This document shows, piece after piece, positions 42,920-52,281 of a stretch of 64,000 bases of DNA (positions within the stretch are counted from its first letter, which is position 1; each line of letters begins with the position of its first letter). Made by a program: the position numbers and the translations under genes. The notes beneath the pieces are model-generated. The model was not told the origin of the DNA. It searched no databases and saw only the letters and a list, made by a program, of their open reading frames with translations. The stretch is taken from contig DAOUJK010000022.1 of the NCBI GenBank assembly GCA_034422795.1, positions 134,556-198,555 on the forward strand, written 5' to 3'. Source of the stretch: Dehalococcoidia bacterium. GTDB lineage: Bacteria; Chloroflexota; Dehalococcoidia; Lucifugimonadales; Australimonadaceae.

Positions 42920-43843
42920 TTAAGACGTCCAGAGCCCGGCGAACCGGGTTGCCACCACCTGCTCGTACGACACAGGGCTGTCGAGCAGTCCGATGCTTTG
43001 CGCGAACCGGTCCATCCGCTCGACCGTCTCCTCCGGTATCGACGGTTCGTAGTACGGCAGGTCGCGCTCGATCAGCTCCGCGATGAGGCCCGCCTCCTGG
43101 GCGGGGAAGCGTTTCCGTCCGACCTCCGTTGCCCGAGACGGGTCGGCCTTCAGCATACGCTGCGCGGCTACGATGGCGCGCACCGCCCCGGCGACCTCGC
43201 CGGGCTGTTCAGCGGTCCTGCGGTCGGTGGTCACGAAGGCGGGGAATGTATAGCCGCGCGCCGCCGGAGGACCGTCGCCGCGACGCACGTCGAGCACGAC
43301 GCTGCCCGCGCCGGAGCGTACGGCGACCTCGGTGCCCATGCCGTTCGCCCAGAAGCCGTCTATGGCGCCGTCGGCCAGCGCCCTCGCCGCCTGCACGCCG
43401 AACGAGACGTTGGAGCCGGTCACGCCCGGCACCGGGCCGACCTGCACGGCGTCGCGCTCCGGGTCGATGCCCGCTTCCCGCAGCATCTCTTCAAGGCCGT
43501 CGCGGGGGCCGGGCGCCGCGCCGATACGGAGGCCCTTGACCGCCTCGATGTCGCCGCGCTGCGCTCCGAGGTCGGTCCTGAGCACGAGGAACCAGTACAT
43601 GTGCTGCGCGAGCGCGGCGAGCAGCGACGCGCCCTCCCACCGCGGGAATGCGGTGAGCACGGCGTGCGCCGAGCCCGCCACGTAGTCGAGCTCGCCGTCG
43701 CGGAGCATCTCCATCGCGCGCGTCACGGGGAACACGAGCTCGATCTCGGCGTCGATGCCTTCAGCGCGGAACGCGCCGAGGTCGACCGCAGCGATCGCGG
43801 GGAAGTAGGAGTTGGAGACAAGGTCCGGCACACCGATGCGCAA
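42920..43843 (-). CDS. NMT1/THI5-like (SsuA-type) substrate-binding protein, no signal peptide seen
   Basis: 'LRIGVPDLVSNSYFPAIAAVDLGAFRAEGIDAEIELV'. A TTG start at 43843 is preceded by GGAGGG. The longer track ORF (to 44050) overlaps the ATPase gene and has no supporting features. Confidence 0.55.
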   Translation of the reverse strand: MRIGVPDLVSNSYFPAIAAVDLGAFRAEGIDAEIELVFPVTRAMEMLRDGELDYVAGSAHAVLTAFPRWEGASLLAALAQHMYWFLVLRTDLGAQRGDIEAVKGLRIGAAPGPRDGLEEMLREAGIDPERDAVQVGPVPGVTGSNVSFGVQAARALADGAIDGFWANGMGTEVAVRSGAGSVVLDVRRGDGPPAARGYTFPAFVTTDRRTAEQPGEVAGAVRAIVAAQRMLKADPSRATEVGRKRFPAQEAGLIAELIERDLPYYEPSIPEETVERMDRFAQSIGLLDSPVSYEQVVATRFAGLWTS

Positions 43844-44008
43844 AGGGTCCCTCCATGGCCGTGCTCCCGGCCAGCCGCGAGTGTGCCAAGCTCCGGGGTG
43901 CAGGTCAACCGGCGCGTGCGCGTATGACAGGCCATTCAGTGGTACTTTGGCATCATCCTTAACAGAACTTTCACCCAATGCACCGGGTGTGGGCGTATAC
44001 TCCCGGCT

Positions 44009-46639
44009 ATGCTGGCCCCTGCAGAGGACATCCCCCGGGCATCCTGGCACGATTCTTCGGTTGAGGATGCCCTCAAAGGCTTATCGTCATCGGCCTCCGG
44101 ACTACCCTCCGGGGAGGCGTCGGCCCGCCTCGCCACGTACGGGCCGAACCAGCTGACCGGGGCTCCGCCCGTCTCCGCGCTCAAGCTGCTGCTGGACGAG
44201 TTCCGAAGCCCGCTCGTGCTCGTGCTTATCGGCGCGGCAGTGGTGCTGGTGGGAGTCGCGCTCGTCGCGGAAGAGTCCGACCACTACATAGACGCCGGGC
44301 TCATCGCGCTCATCGTGGTGCTGAACGCGTGCCTCGGCTTCACGCAGAACTACCGCGCGAGCCGGGGCATCGAGTCGCTGAACCGGCTCGCAGCCCCGTC
44401 CGCTACGGTGCTGCGCGACGGCGTGGCAGAGCAGGTGGACGCCAAACTGCTCGTTCCCGGCGACGTGGTGTTGCTGGAAGAAGGCTCGCGCATCCCCGCC
44501 GATGGAAGGGTCATCAGCAGCATCGACCTGAGTGTCGACGAAGCGGCGCTCACCGGCGAGAGCCTGCCGGTCCGCAAGAACATCCAGCCGGTCGCGGCAG
44601 ACGCGTCGCTCGCCGAGCGGTACTGCATGGCATACAGCGGCACGGTCGTGATGCGCGGGCGGGGGCGGATGCTGATAACCGGCACCGGCATGCAGACGGA
44701 GGTCGGCGGCATCGCGGCGGAGGTGCAGACGGCGGAGGACGAGCCGACGGTCTTCCAGCGCGAGATCAGCCGCCTGGCGGTGCGGATCGGCTGGGCGGTC
44801 GCGGTGCTCATCGGCATCGTCGTCGCGCTGCAACTGCTGACCGGCGACCTGAGCCTGCTCGAAACGTTCATCACCGCAGTCGCGCTCGCGGTCGCGGCGG
44901 TGCCGGAAGGGTTGCCCGTGGTACTGACGCTTGCGCTCGCGTTCGGCACGCGGCGGATGCTGGAGCGGAAGGCGCTCGTGCGCTCGCTGCCGGTTGTGGA
45001 GATCGTCGGGGCCGCGGAGGTGATCTGCACCGACAAGACGGGTACGGTCACGGAAGGCCGCATGACGATGCGCCGGGTCGCGACGCTCTCCGAGGAGGTG
45101 GACGCGCACGACGTCACCTCCGGTGCGCACCGGGAACCGCTGGCGGTATCGCTGCTGGTCGCGGGACTGTGCAACAACGCGCACCGGCACCCGGAACACG
45201 GCTACGTGGGAGACCCGACGGAGACGGCGCTGCTGGAATTCGCGGAGCGCGCGGGAGCGCCGTTGGACGAGTACGAGCGGACGGGCGAGGTCCCGTTCTC
45301 CTCCGAGCGGCGGATGATGTCGGTGGCCGTCCAACACCCGATAGCGGCCGACGGTCTGCTGCTGACGAAGGGCGCGCTGGAGGCGGTACTCCCGCTCTGC
45401 ACGAGCATCCGGACGCCGGACGGCGTGTCGCCGCTGAGCGACGAGGAGCGCGATGCGCTGCTGGAGCAGAACACCGGGCTGGCGGGGCAGGCGCTCCGGG
45501 TGCTGGCGTTCGCGTACAAGGAGCAACCCGCCGACGCTCCGATCATCGAGGAGGGGTTGACGTTCGCGGCGCTGGGAGCGATGAGCGACCCGCCAAGGCC
45601 GGAGGCCACGCACGCCATAGAGGCGGCGCACCGGGCCGGGATCCGCGTGGTGATGATCACGGGCGACAACAGTCTCACTGCCGCGGCGATAGGCCGGGAA
45701 GTGGGGCTGGAAGGGGCGGCCATCGAGGCGAAGGAGCTCGACGGGCTGGACGAGGCGGATCTGAAGCGCGTCATCGGCGAGACGAGCATCTTCGCGCGGG
45801 CCGAGCCGCGCCACAAGGTGCTCATCCTGCGGACGCTCAAGGAAGACCACGACGTGGTGCTGATGACGGGCGACGGCGTGAACGACGCCCCCGCCCTGCA
45901 CAACGCGGACGTGGGCGTCGCGATGGGCATCAAGGGCACGGACGTCGCGCGCGACACGTCGGACATGGTGCTGCTCGACGACAACCTGGCGACCATCGTC
46001 GCAGCCGTCGAGGAAGGCCGCCGGATATTCCGCAACATCAAGAAGTTCGTGAACTACATGCTCACGGGCAACCTCGCCGAGGTGCTCGTGATCCTGGTGG
46101 CCACCGTGTTCGGCTACCTGCCGGTGACCGCCGTGCAGATCCTGTGGATCAACCTCGTTACGGACTCCGGGCCTGCGGTGGCGCTGGCGTCCGACCCCGC
46201 GCCGCAGGGAGCGATGCGCGAGCCTCCGCGCCACGGCGCCGTGCTGGGGCGATCAATGGCCGCGCTCGTGGGCAGTGTCGGCGTGGTCATGACGATCATC
46301 CTCATCGCCACGTTCTTCGTGGGGCTGCGGCTGTGGGACCTGGAAACAGCCCGGACGATGACCTTCACCGGCTTCGTCGTACAGGAGTACCTGCGGCTGC
46401 TGGTCATCCGTGTCCAGGAGGGGATGCCCATCTGCACGAACCGTTGGCTCTGGGCGGCGGTGAGCGTGAGCCTGCTCATGCAGGCAGTCATCCTTTACAC
46501 GCCCATAGGCAGCGCGGCGTTCGACACGGTGCCGCTGGGGTTGGAGCAGTGGGGTATCCTGCTGGGAGGGCTGCTGGTGGGCTTCGCCGTGACGACTGTC
46601 ACCGGGAAGCTGGTCGTGCGGCGGTTCGGCCCGCTGTAG
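44009..46639 (+). CDS. Cation-transporting P-type ATPase (type II, Ca2+/Mg2+-like)
   Basis: 'LTGESLPV', phosphorylation site 'CTDKTGTVTEG', 'MITGDN' and 'MTGDGVNDAPAL'. The N-terminal 'GLPSGEASARLATYGPNQL' is also typical. Confidence 0.9.
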   Translation: MLAPAEDIPRASWHDSSVEDALKGLSSSASGLPSGEASARLATYGPNQLTGAPPVSALKLLLDEFRSPLVLVLIGAAVVLVGVALVAEESDHYIDAGLIALIVVLNACLGFTQNYRASRGIESLNRLAAPSATVLRDGVAEQVDAKLLVPGDVVLLEEGSRIPADGRVISSIDLSVDEAALTGESLPVRKNIQPVAADASLAERYCMAYSGTVVMRGRGRMLITGTGMQTEVGGIAAEVQTAEDEPTVFQREISRLAVRIGWAVAVLIGIVVALQLLTGDLSLLETFITAVALAVAAVPEGLPVVLTLALAFGTRRMLERKALVRSLPVVEIVGAAEVICTDKTGTVTEGRMTMRRVATLSEEVDAHDVTSGAHREPLAVSLLVAGLCNNAHRHPEHGYVGDPTETALLEFAERAGAPLDEYERTGEVPFSSERRMMSVAVQHPIAADGLLLTKGALEAVLPLCTSIRTPDGVSPLSDEERDALLEQNTGLAGQALRVLAFAYKEQPADAPIIEEGLTFAALGAMSDPPRPEATHAIEAAHRAGIRVVMITGDNSLTAAAIGREVGLEGAAIEAKELDGLDEADLKRVIGETSIFARAEPRHKVLILRTLKEDHDVVLMTGDGVNDAPALHNADVGVAMGIKGTDVARDTSDMVLLDDNLATIVAAVEEGRRIFRNIKKFVNYMLTGNLAEVLVILVATVFGYLPVTAVQILWINLVTDSGPAVALASDPAPQGAMREPPRHGAVLGRSMAALVGSVGVVMTIILIATFFVGLRLWDLETARTMTFTGFVVQEYLRLLVIRVQEGMPICTNRWLWAAVSVSLLMQAVILYTPIGSAAFDTVPLGLEQWGILLGGLLVGFAVTTVTGKLVVRRFGPL

Positions 46640-46686
46640 AGCACCGGCAGCGGGGCGTCCAGCACCAGCCTGCGAGAGCATGCCCG

Positions 46687-47448
46687 ATGCGCATCAGGGA
46701 GAGCGTCATACACCTGTTCGAGTCGCAGCTGGCCAGGAGCCTGTTCGCGCTGGCCGTGCTGGTCGTCGTGGCCGTCGCGGGGTACATGCTCATCGAGGGG
46801 TGGTCTCTCCTCGATTCGGCCTACATGACCATCGTTACCTTCACGACCGTCGGTTATGAGGAGGTGCGCCCGCTCTCCACGACCGGGCGCGTCTTCACGA
46901 TGTTCCTGATGGTGGCCGGCGTGGGAGCGATGCTCTACGTCCTGACGAGCGTGGTGCATATGATCGTGGCGCAGGAAGTGCTGCGAAGCCTGGTACGGAG
47001 GCGCAGAATGCGAGCGCGGATATCGAAACTGAGCGGCCACTTCATCGTCTGCGGGTTCGGGCGCGTCGGAAGGGCGGTCGCGCTCACGCTCCAGGAGCAG
47101 TCGGCGGAGATGGTCGTGGTCGACAGGGACATGGAGGCGCTGGCCGAAGCCGAGGAGCGTGGGTTGCCGTGGGTGCACGGCGATTCGGCGCAGGACGAGA
47201 ACCTGCTGGCGGCCCACATCAAAGATGCGCGCGGCCTCGTTGCAGCTACGGGCGACGACAGCCAGAACGTCTACGTGTCGCTGACGGCGCGCGGCCTCAA
47301 CCCGGAGTTGTACATCGTCGCGCGGGCCTCGCGCCCGGACGCGGAGGAGAAGCTGCGGAGGGCGGGCGCCGACGAGGTGGTCCTGCCGCACGTCATCGGC
47401 GGGAAGGAGATGGCGCTCTCAGCGATGGCGAGATCGCAGCAGGAGTGA
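46687..47448 (+). CDS. Two-TM K+-channel-like protein with RCK/TrkA-N domain and non-canonical filter TVGYEE
   Basis: TM1, then pore 'YMTIVTFTTVGYEEV', then TM2, then Rossmann 'FIVCGFGRVGRAV'. It is the last 253 codons of the artefactual track ORF 44329-47448. Confidence 0.8.
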   Translation: MRIRESVIHLFESQLARSLFALAVLVVVAVAGYMLIEGWSLLDSAYMTIVTFTTVGYEEVRPLSTTGRVFTMFLMVAGVGAMLYVLTSVVHMIVAQEVLRSLVRRRRMRARISKLSGHFIVCGFGRVGRAVALTLQEQSAEMVVVDRDMEALAEAEERGLPWVHGDSAQDENLLAAHIKDARGLVAATGDDSQNVYVSLTARGLNPELYIVARASRPDAEEKLRRAGADEVVLPHVIGGKEMALSAMARSQQE

Positions 47449-47454
47449 GGCGCG

Positions 47455-48735
47455 CTAACCCTGCACGACGCGGGCGACGCGGCGACTGCCGACGCGGACC
47501 AGCGCGCCGTAAGGGACACGCACGCGCTCCCCATCGGGGCGTTCGCCGTCTATCTGGACCGCGTTCTGCTGCAACAGGCGCCGCGCCTCGCTGCGGCTCG
47601 CGGCCATGTCGAGCGCAGGCAGCAGGTGCGACAGGTCGGCGTCGATGCCGTCGGCGTCGTGGGAGATGACGGCGGGGCCTGTGAGGTCGACGGCGACGGC
47701 CGGGATGTCTTCCGGCGTCTCGCGGCGCTGGAAGACGCGCTCGAACTCGTCGCGTGCGGCGGTCGCGGCCTCCGGTGAGTGGAACGTGGCGGTGAGCTCT
47801 TCGCCAAGGCGCTTCTTGAGGTCCATGGGGCTCAGTTCACCCTCACCCGCACTGCGTGCGACCTCTCCCTTCGAGGGAGAGGTGGAACCGGGGGTCATCG
47901 CGGCGCGGATAGTGCCGAGTTCGTCATCCGGCACATCGGTCAGCAGTTCGAAGTACTGCGGAACGAGGTCGTCGGGGAGCGACATGATCTTGCCGAACAT
48001 GTCGCGCGGCGTGTCATCGAGGGCGATGTAGTTGTCGAGCGACTTACTCATCTTGCGCACGCCGTCCGTGCCGGGGAGGATGGGCATGGTGAAGACGAGC
48101 TGGGGACGCTGCCCCACCTTCTCCTGCAACTCACGCCCGACGAGCAGGTTGAAGAGCTGGTCCGTGCCGCCGAACTCCACGTCGGCCTCGATGGCGACGG
48201 AGTCGTACGCCTGCAACAGCGGGTAGAGCATCTCCGTGACGGCGATGGGGCGCTGTGCGCGATAACGCTTGGCGAAGTCGTCACGGTGCAGGAACTGGTT
48301 GACGGTGAAGTGCGCCGTGAGGCGTATGACGTCGGTGAGGGTGAACTTGCCGAACCATTCGCTCTGGTAGACGGCGCGCGTCTTGTCCGGGTCGACGACC
48401 TTGAAGAACTGGCGCATGTACGTCTCGGCGTTCTCGCGCACGTCCTCCGCGCTGAGCATGGTGCGTGTGTCGGACTGGCCGGAGGGATCGCCGATCTGCG
48501 CCGTCCAGTCGCCGACGATGAGGATGAGCTCGTGGCCGAGGTCCTGCAGCTGGCGCAGCTTCCGCAGACCGACGTAGTGGCCGAGGTGCAGGTCCGGCCT
48601 GCTGGGGTCGAACCCCATCTTGAGGCGGAGGGGCTTGCCTTCCTGCAGGCGGCGGACGAACTCGTCCTCCGGAATGATCTGCGCGACGCCGCGTTTCGTG
48701 ATCCTGTCGATGGTCTGCTGGTCGAGCGTTGGCAT
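47455..48735 (-). CDS. tyrS: Tyrosine--tRNA ligase carrying a ~21-aa in-frame repeat insertion
   Basis: 'HLGH' (HIGH), 'KMSKS', 'GGTDQ' and a C-terminal S4 domain 'SRSEARRLLQQNAVQIDG'. Confidence 0.92.
   Translation of the reverse strand: MPTLDQQTIDRITKRGVAQIIPEDEFVRRLQEGKPLRLKMGFDPSRPDLHLGHYVGLRKLRQLQDLGHELILIVGDWTAQIGDPSGQSDTRTMLSAEDVRENAETYMRQFFKVVDPDKTRAVYQSEWFGKFTLTDVIRLTAHFTVNQFLHRDDFAKRYRAQRPIAVTEMLYPLLQAYDSVAIEADVEFGGTDQLFNLLVGRELQEKVGQRPQLVFTMPILPGTDGVRKMSKSLDNYIALDDTPRDMFGKIMSLPDDLVPQYFELLTDVPDDELGTIRAAMTPGSTSPSKGEVARSAGEGELSPMDLKKRLGEELTATFHSPEAATAARDEFERVFQRRETPEDIPAVAVDLTGPAVISHDADGIDADLSHLLPALDMAASRSEARRLLQQNAVQIDGERPDGERVRVPYGALVRVGSRRVARVVQG
47830..47892. repeat. Repeat family C copy inside the tyrS coding sequence
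   Basis: The plus strand 'gttcaccctcacccgcactgcgtgcgacctctcccttcgagggagaggtggaaccgg' aligns with the intergenic copy at 18956-19015. It contains a perfect 9-bp hairpin cctctccct/agggagagg. It translates in frame as PGSTSPSKGEVARSAGEGELS. Confidence 0.7.
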
Positions 48736-48737
48736 GG

Positions 48738-49682
48738 TCAGGACGCCTCCTGCGGCAGCGCAAGGATACGCCTCGTGCGGGCTACGTCGTCCCGCATCGC
48801 AGCGACGAGGGCATCGACGCCGTCGAACCTCTCCTGGCCGCGCAGGCGTTCCACGAACTCCAGCCGCACCCGCTCACCGTACAGGTTGCCGTCGAAGTCG
48901 AGGACGAACGCCTCGACGACACTGGGGCCGCCCTCGTGGAAGGTGGGCTTATGCCCGATGCTCACGGCAGCCGGCAGCCGGTCCGCGCCATGCCGCAGCC
49001 ACGCAGCGTAGACGCCGTCTGCCGGGACCGCCTGCTGCGGCCCTGCCTCGATGTTGGCCGTGGGGTAGCCGAGCAGCCCGCCGCCCCTGTGCTCACCCTC
49101 GACGACGGGGCCTTCCAGCGCGAACGGACGCCCGAGCATCCGCGCGGCGCGCGCGACGTCGCCTGCGTCCAGGGCCTGCCGTATCGCGGTGCTGCGGGCG
49201 GGCCCCCCATCCAGCGTGAGCTGCTCCACGCTTTCCATGGTGTAGTCGAGCTCATCCCCCAGCGCGACGAGTACGGGCAGCGTGCCCTCCCGGTTGTGGC
49301 CGAGCGTCACGTCCGGCCCCGCGGCGAAGTGCGCCATGCCGAGGCAGTCCCGAAGGCCGGTCATGAACTCGCGTGGGGTGAGCAGCGACACCTCCTTCGT
49401 AAACGTCACGGGCACGACCGCCTCGACGCCGGAGTCCGCAAGGAGGCTGAGCCGTTCCTCCAGCGACGTGAGCATCCGCACCTTCACGTCCGGGCGGAGC
49501 ACGGAGAGAGGATGGTTGGCGAGCGTGACCGCAACGGGCGCGAGCCCGCGCTGCTCCGCGGCGCGTACCACCGTTGCGAGGACGTGCCGGTGCCCGAGGT
49601 GGACGCCGTCGAACACGCCGAACGCGACAGCGGCCGGCCGGTCCGGCCGATGTGCGGTCAGCTCCTCACAGAGGTCGGGCAC
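48738..49682 (-). CDS. ribF: Bifunctional riboflavin kinase / FMN adenylyltransferase
   Basis: 'VAFGVFDGVHLGHRHV' (nucleotidyltransferase), then 'LLGYPTANI' and 'VEAFVLDFDGNLYG' (kinase domain). Confidence 0.92.
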   Translation of the reverse strand: MPDLCEELTAHRPDRPAAVAFGVFDGVHLGHRHVLATVVRAAEQRGLAPVAVTLANHPLSVLRPDVKVRMLTSLEERLSLLADSGVEAVVPVTFTKEVSLLTPREFMTGLRDCLGMAHFAAGPDVTLGHNREGTLPVLVALGDELDYTMESVEQLTLDGGPARSTAIRQALDAGDVARAARMLGRPFALEGPVVEGEHRGGGLLGYPTANIEAGPQQAVPADGVYAAWLRHGADRLPAAVSIGHKPTFHEGGPSVVEAFVLDFDGNLYGERVRLEFVERLRGQERFDGVDALVAAMRDDVARTRRILALPQEAS

Positions 49683-49702
49683 GAGGGCGCTCCGCCGAAC
49701 GG

Positions 49703-50764
49703 TCAGGCCACGGGCTCAGGAGTCAACGCCTGGTGCGCCTCCGTGAGCATCGTGGCGGTCTCTTCCCAGTCCATGCAGGCGTCCGTGATGGAGACGCCGT
49801 AGCGAAGCTGCGACGGGTCGTCGCCGAGGTCCTGACGTCCACCGAAGAGGTGACTCTCCGCCATGAGCCCGACGATGAGGTCGTTGCCCGCGCGGCGCTG
49901 GCGCACCACGTCCCGGAAGGCGATGGGTTGCCGGTTGTGGTCCTTCTCCGAGTTGGCGTGAGAGCAGTCCACCATGATGCGCGGGGGTAGCCCGGCGCCC
50001 TCCAGCTTCGCCTGTACGTCCCGCACGCTGGCCTCCGTGTAGTTGGGGCCGCCGCTTCCGCCGCGCAGGATGAGATGACCGTACGGATTGCCCTTGGTGT
50101 TGACGATGCAGGTGCGGCCCTGCCGGTCTATCCCGAGAAAAGCGTGCGGCGCCCGGGCGGTCTTCATTGCGTCGATCGCTATCTGGGAGTTGCCGTCCGT
50201 GCCGTTCTTGAAGCCGACGGGCATGCTGAGGCCGCTGGCCATCTCCCGGTGGGTCTGGCTCTCGGTAGTGCGCGCGCCGATGGCGGCCCAGGTCACGAGG
50301 TCGGCGAGGTACTGCGGCGTGATGGGGTCCAGCAACTCGGTCCCGGCGAGCACGCCCATCTCTGCGAGCTGCATGAGCAGCCTTCGCGCGCGGTAGAGGC
50401 CGCCCGAGATGTCGAACGAGCCGTCCAGGTTCGGGTCGTTGATCAGGCCCTTCCAACCGAGGCTGGTGCGCGGCTTCTCGAAGTAGACGCGCATGACGAT
50501 GAAAAGCGTGTCGCTGACTTCGTCGGCGAGCCTCTTGAGCCTGCCCGCGTATTCGAGGGCGGCTTTCTCGTCGTGTATGGAGCATGGTCCGACGATCACG
50601 AGCAGCCGGGGGTCCTCGCCGGTCAGGATGTGCTGGACCTGGTCCCGGCCCTCAGCGACGAGTTGGACCATCGCTGGAGTGAGCGGCAGCCTGCGCTGGA
50701 GGTCATCCGGCGACGCAAGCGGTTCTATGGATCCGATGTGCAGGTCGGTAACGGAACGCGCCAT
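49703..50764 (-). CDS. aroG: 3-deoxy-7-phosphoheptulonate (DAHP) synthase, class I
   Basis: 'LLVIVGPCSIHD', 'FEKPRTSLGWKG', 'GARTTESQ' and 'VDCSHANS'. Confidence 0.92.
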   Translation of the reverse strand: MARSVTDLHIGSIEPLASPDDLQRRLPLTPAMVQLVAEGRDQVQHILTGEDPRLLVIVGPCSIHDEKAALEYAGRLKRLADEVSDTLFIVMRVYFEKPRTSLGWKGLINDPNLDGSFDISGGLYRARRLLMQLAEMGVLAGTELLDPITPQYLADLVTWAAIGARTTESQTHREMASGLSMPVGFKNGTDGNSQIAIDAMKTARAPHAFLGIDRQGRTCIVNTKGNPYGHLILRGGSGGPNYTEASVRDVQAKLEGAGLPPRIMVDCSHANSEKDHNRQPIAFRDVVRQRRAGNDLIVGLMAESHLFGGRQDLGDDPSQLRYGVSITDACMDWEETATMLTEAHQALTPEPVA

Positions 50765-50950
50765 GACGCAATCCCCTTTCTGTACTCTGACGATGCGGAA
50801 GGCGGAAAGAACGAACGCGGAGCCTAGCGATAGCTGTCGCTAACGCCGCCCCGCCGCGTAAACAGGAAGAGCCGCCGCGTCCGGTCCGATGCCCGGACGC
50901 CACGGATGCGAGACTCGACTACACGCGTTGTACGCATCTCTCTCCGCGAC

Positions 50951-51319
50951 TCATTCGCTACCCGGCCCCCGCAGATCGCGAGCGCCCTTCAGGTAGACGT
51001 ACCGCAGATCCTCTTTCCGCTTCTCCGTATTGAAGAGCAGGAGCACCCGGATGACGGACTCCGGCGCGCCAGGTACCGGAATCTCGCAACTGTCCATCAG
51101 CGCCGTCTGCTGCCAACCCAGGCGCAAGCGTGCCGCCTTGGCCGGGAACTCCGCGGTGAGGTCTGCGGTTACGGTAAAGAATACCGCGCCGATGTCCTCC
51201 TCGACAAGGTCATTGGCTGTCGCGAGTTCGCGCAACAACTCCTCGGTGGCGTCGAGGATCGCCTCGGGCGTGTTGGCGTCGGCGGTCGTCGCGCCGCGCA
51301 GTCCAAGGGTCCGCATCAT
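50951..51319 (-). CDS. aroH: Chorismate mutase, AroH class
   Basis: 'LRGATTADANT' and 'VFFTVTADL...FPAKAAR...IRVLLL' are typical of a monofunctional AroH-type chorismate mutase. Confidence 0.85.
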   Translation of the reverse strand: MMRTLGLRGATTADANTPEAILDATEELLRELATANDLVEEDIGAVFFTVTADLTAEFPAKAARLRLGWQQTALMDSCEIPVPGAPESVIRVLLLFNTEKRKEDLRYVYLKGARDLRGPGSE

Positions 51320-51374
51320 CGTCTCCGCTCACTCCCAGGCGGCTATGGACAGGTGTCCACCATGTGCGCCAGAG

Positions 51375-52169
51375 TCACCCTGCGGCGGCCAACTCCCGTA
51401 TGAACGCGCCTGCACGGGAAGCCGCTTCGCCGGGCGGGGCGGAATCTATCACGTTGATGAGCGCGCTACCAACGAACGCCACGTCCGCCACCTGCCCCAC
51501 GCGCTCCACGTGCCGCCGCTCGGAGATGCCAAAGCCGATCCCCACGGGCAGCTCCGTGTACCTCCGGACGCGGGCGATGAACTCCGGCAGGTCGTCGGGA
51601 AGGTCGCTCCGCGCGCCGGTCACGCCGGTCACGCTGACGCAGTAGACGACCCCGCGCGCATGAGCGCAACCGAGCGCGATACGCTCCTCGGTGCTGGTTG
51701 GCGCGAGCATGCTCACGAGGCCCAGCCCCCGCTCCTCCAGCGCCTCGCGCAACCCACCTGCCTCGTCCGGCGGGAGGTCGGGGATGATGAGCGCGTCCAC
51801 TCCCGCCTCAGCGCAGTCAGCAGCGTAGGCGGCTATGCCGTACCGGAGGATGGGGTTGTAGTAGCCCATGAAGAGGAGCGGCAGGCCCACCCCGGCGGAG
51901 CGCAGCTTCCGCACCGTCTCGATGCAGGTGCGGCTGTCCACGCCGCCGGTGAGCGCACGGTAGCTCGCCGCCTGCACCGTGGGGCCGTCCGCGAGGGGGT
52001 CGCTGTACGGCACGCCGAGTTCGATGACGTCCGCTCCGGCTCGTTCGATGGCAGGCACGATAGCGAGCGTGTCCTCTACCGTAGGGAACCCGATGGTGAC
52101 GTAGGGGGCTACAGCGGTGCGTCCTTCGTTCCGCGCACGGGCAAGGGCGCTTTCCAGACGGTCCAACAT
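51375..52169 (-). CDS. trpA: Tryptophan synthase alpha chain
   Basis: 'APYVTIGFP', 'IELGVPYSDPLADGPTVQ' and 'GFGIS'. No trpB is adjacent. Confidence 0.92.
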   Translation of the reverse strand: MLDRLESALARARNEGRTAVAPYVTIGFPTVEDTLAIVPAIERAGADVIELGVPYSDPLADGPTVQAASYRALTGGVDSRTCIETVRKLRSAGVGLPLLFMGYYNPILRYGIAAYAADCAEAGVDALIIPDLPPDEAGGLREALEERGLGLVSMLAPTSTEERIALGCAHARGVVYCVSVTGVTGARSDLPDDLPEFIARVRRYTELPVGIGFGISERRHVERVGQVADVAFVGSALINVIDSAPPGEAASRAGAFIRELAAAG

Positions 52170-52281
52170 GCGGACAGTCTACCGCGTCGCGGGTCTCGAC
52201 GCGTGAAGAGCACCACCCACGCTTGAAAGTTGACTTGAGGTAAGACTTTGTACTACCATGTTTCTGCTTCTAACATCCATT

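Noticed and set aside
44329-47448. 1,039-aa plus-strand ORF spanning the P-type ATPase and the K+ channel
   Set aside because: The first ~785 codons are an off-frame shadow of the ATPase gene and are Arg/Gly-rich with no motifs. Only the last 253 codons, from ATG 46687, encode a recognisable protein (the K+ channel).
50877-50900. Hairpin 'gcgtccggtccgatgcccggacgc' between aroH and aroG as an intrinsic terminator or attenuator
   Set aside because: The stem is 8 bp, but on the coding (minus) strand only a weak, interrupted T-run (ctcttcctgttt) follows. I did not see T-box or leader-peptide features, so the support is insufficient to annotate it.
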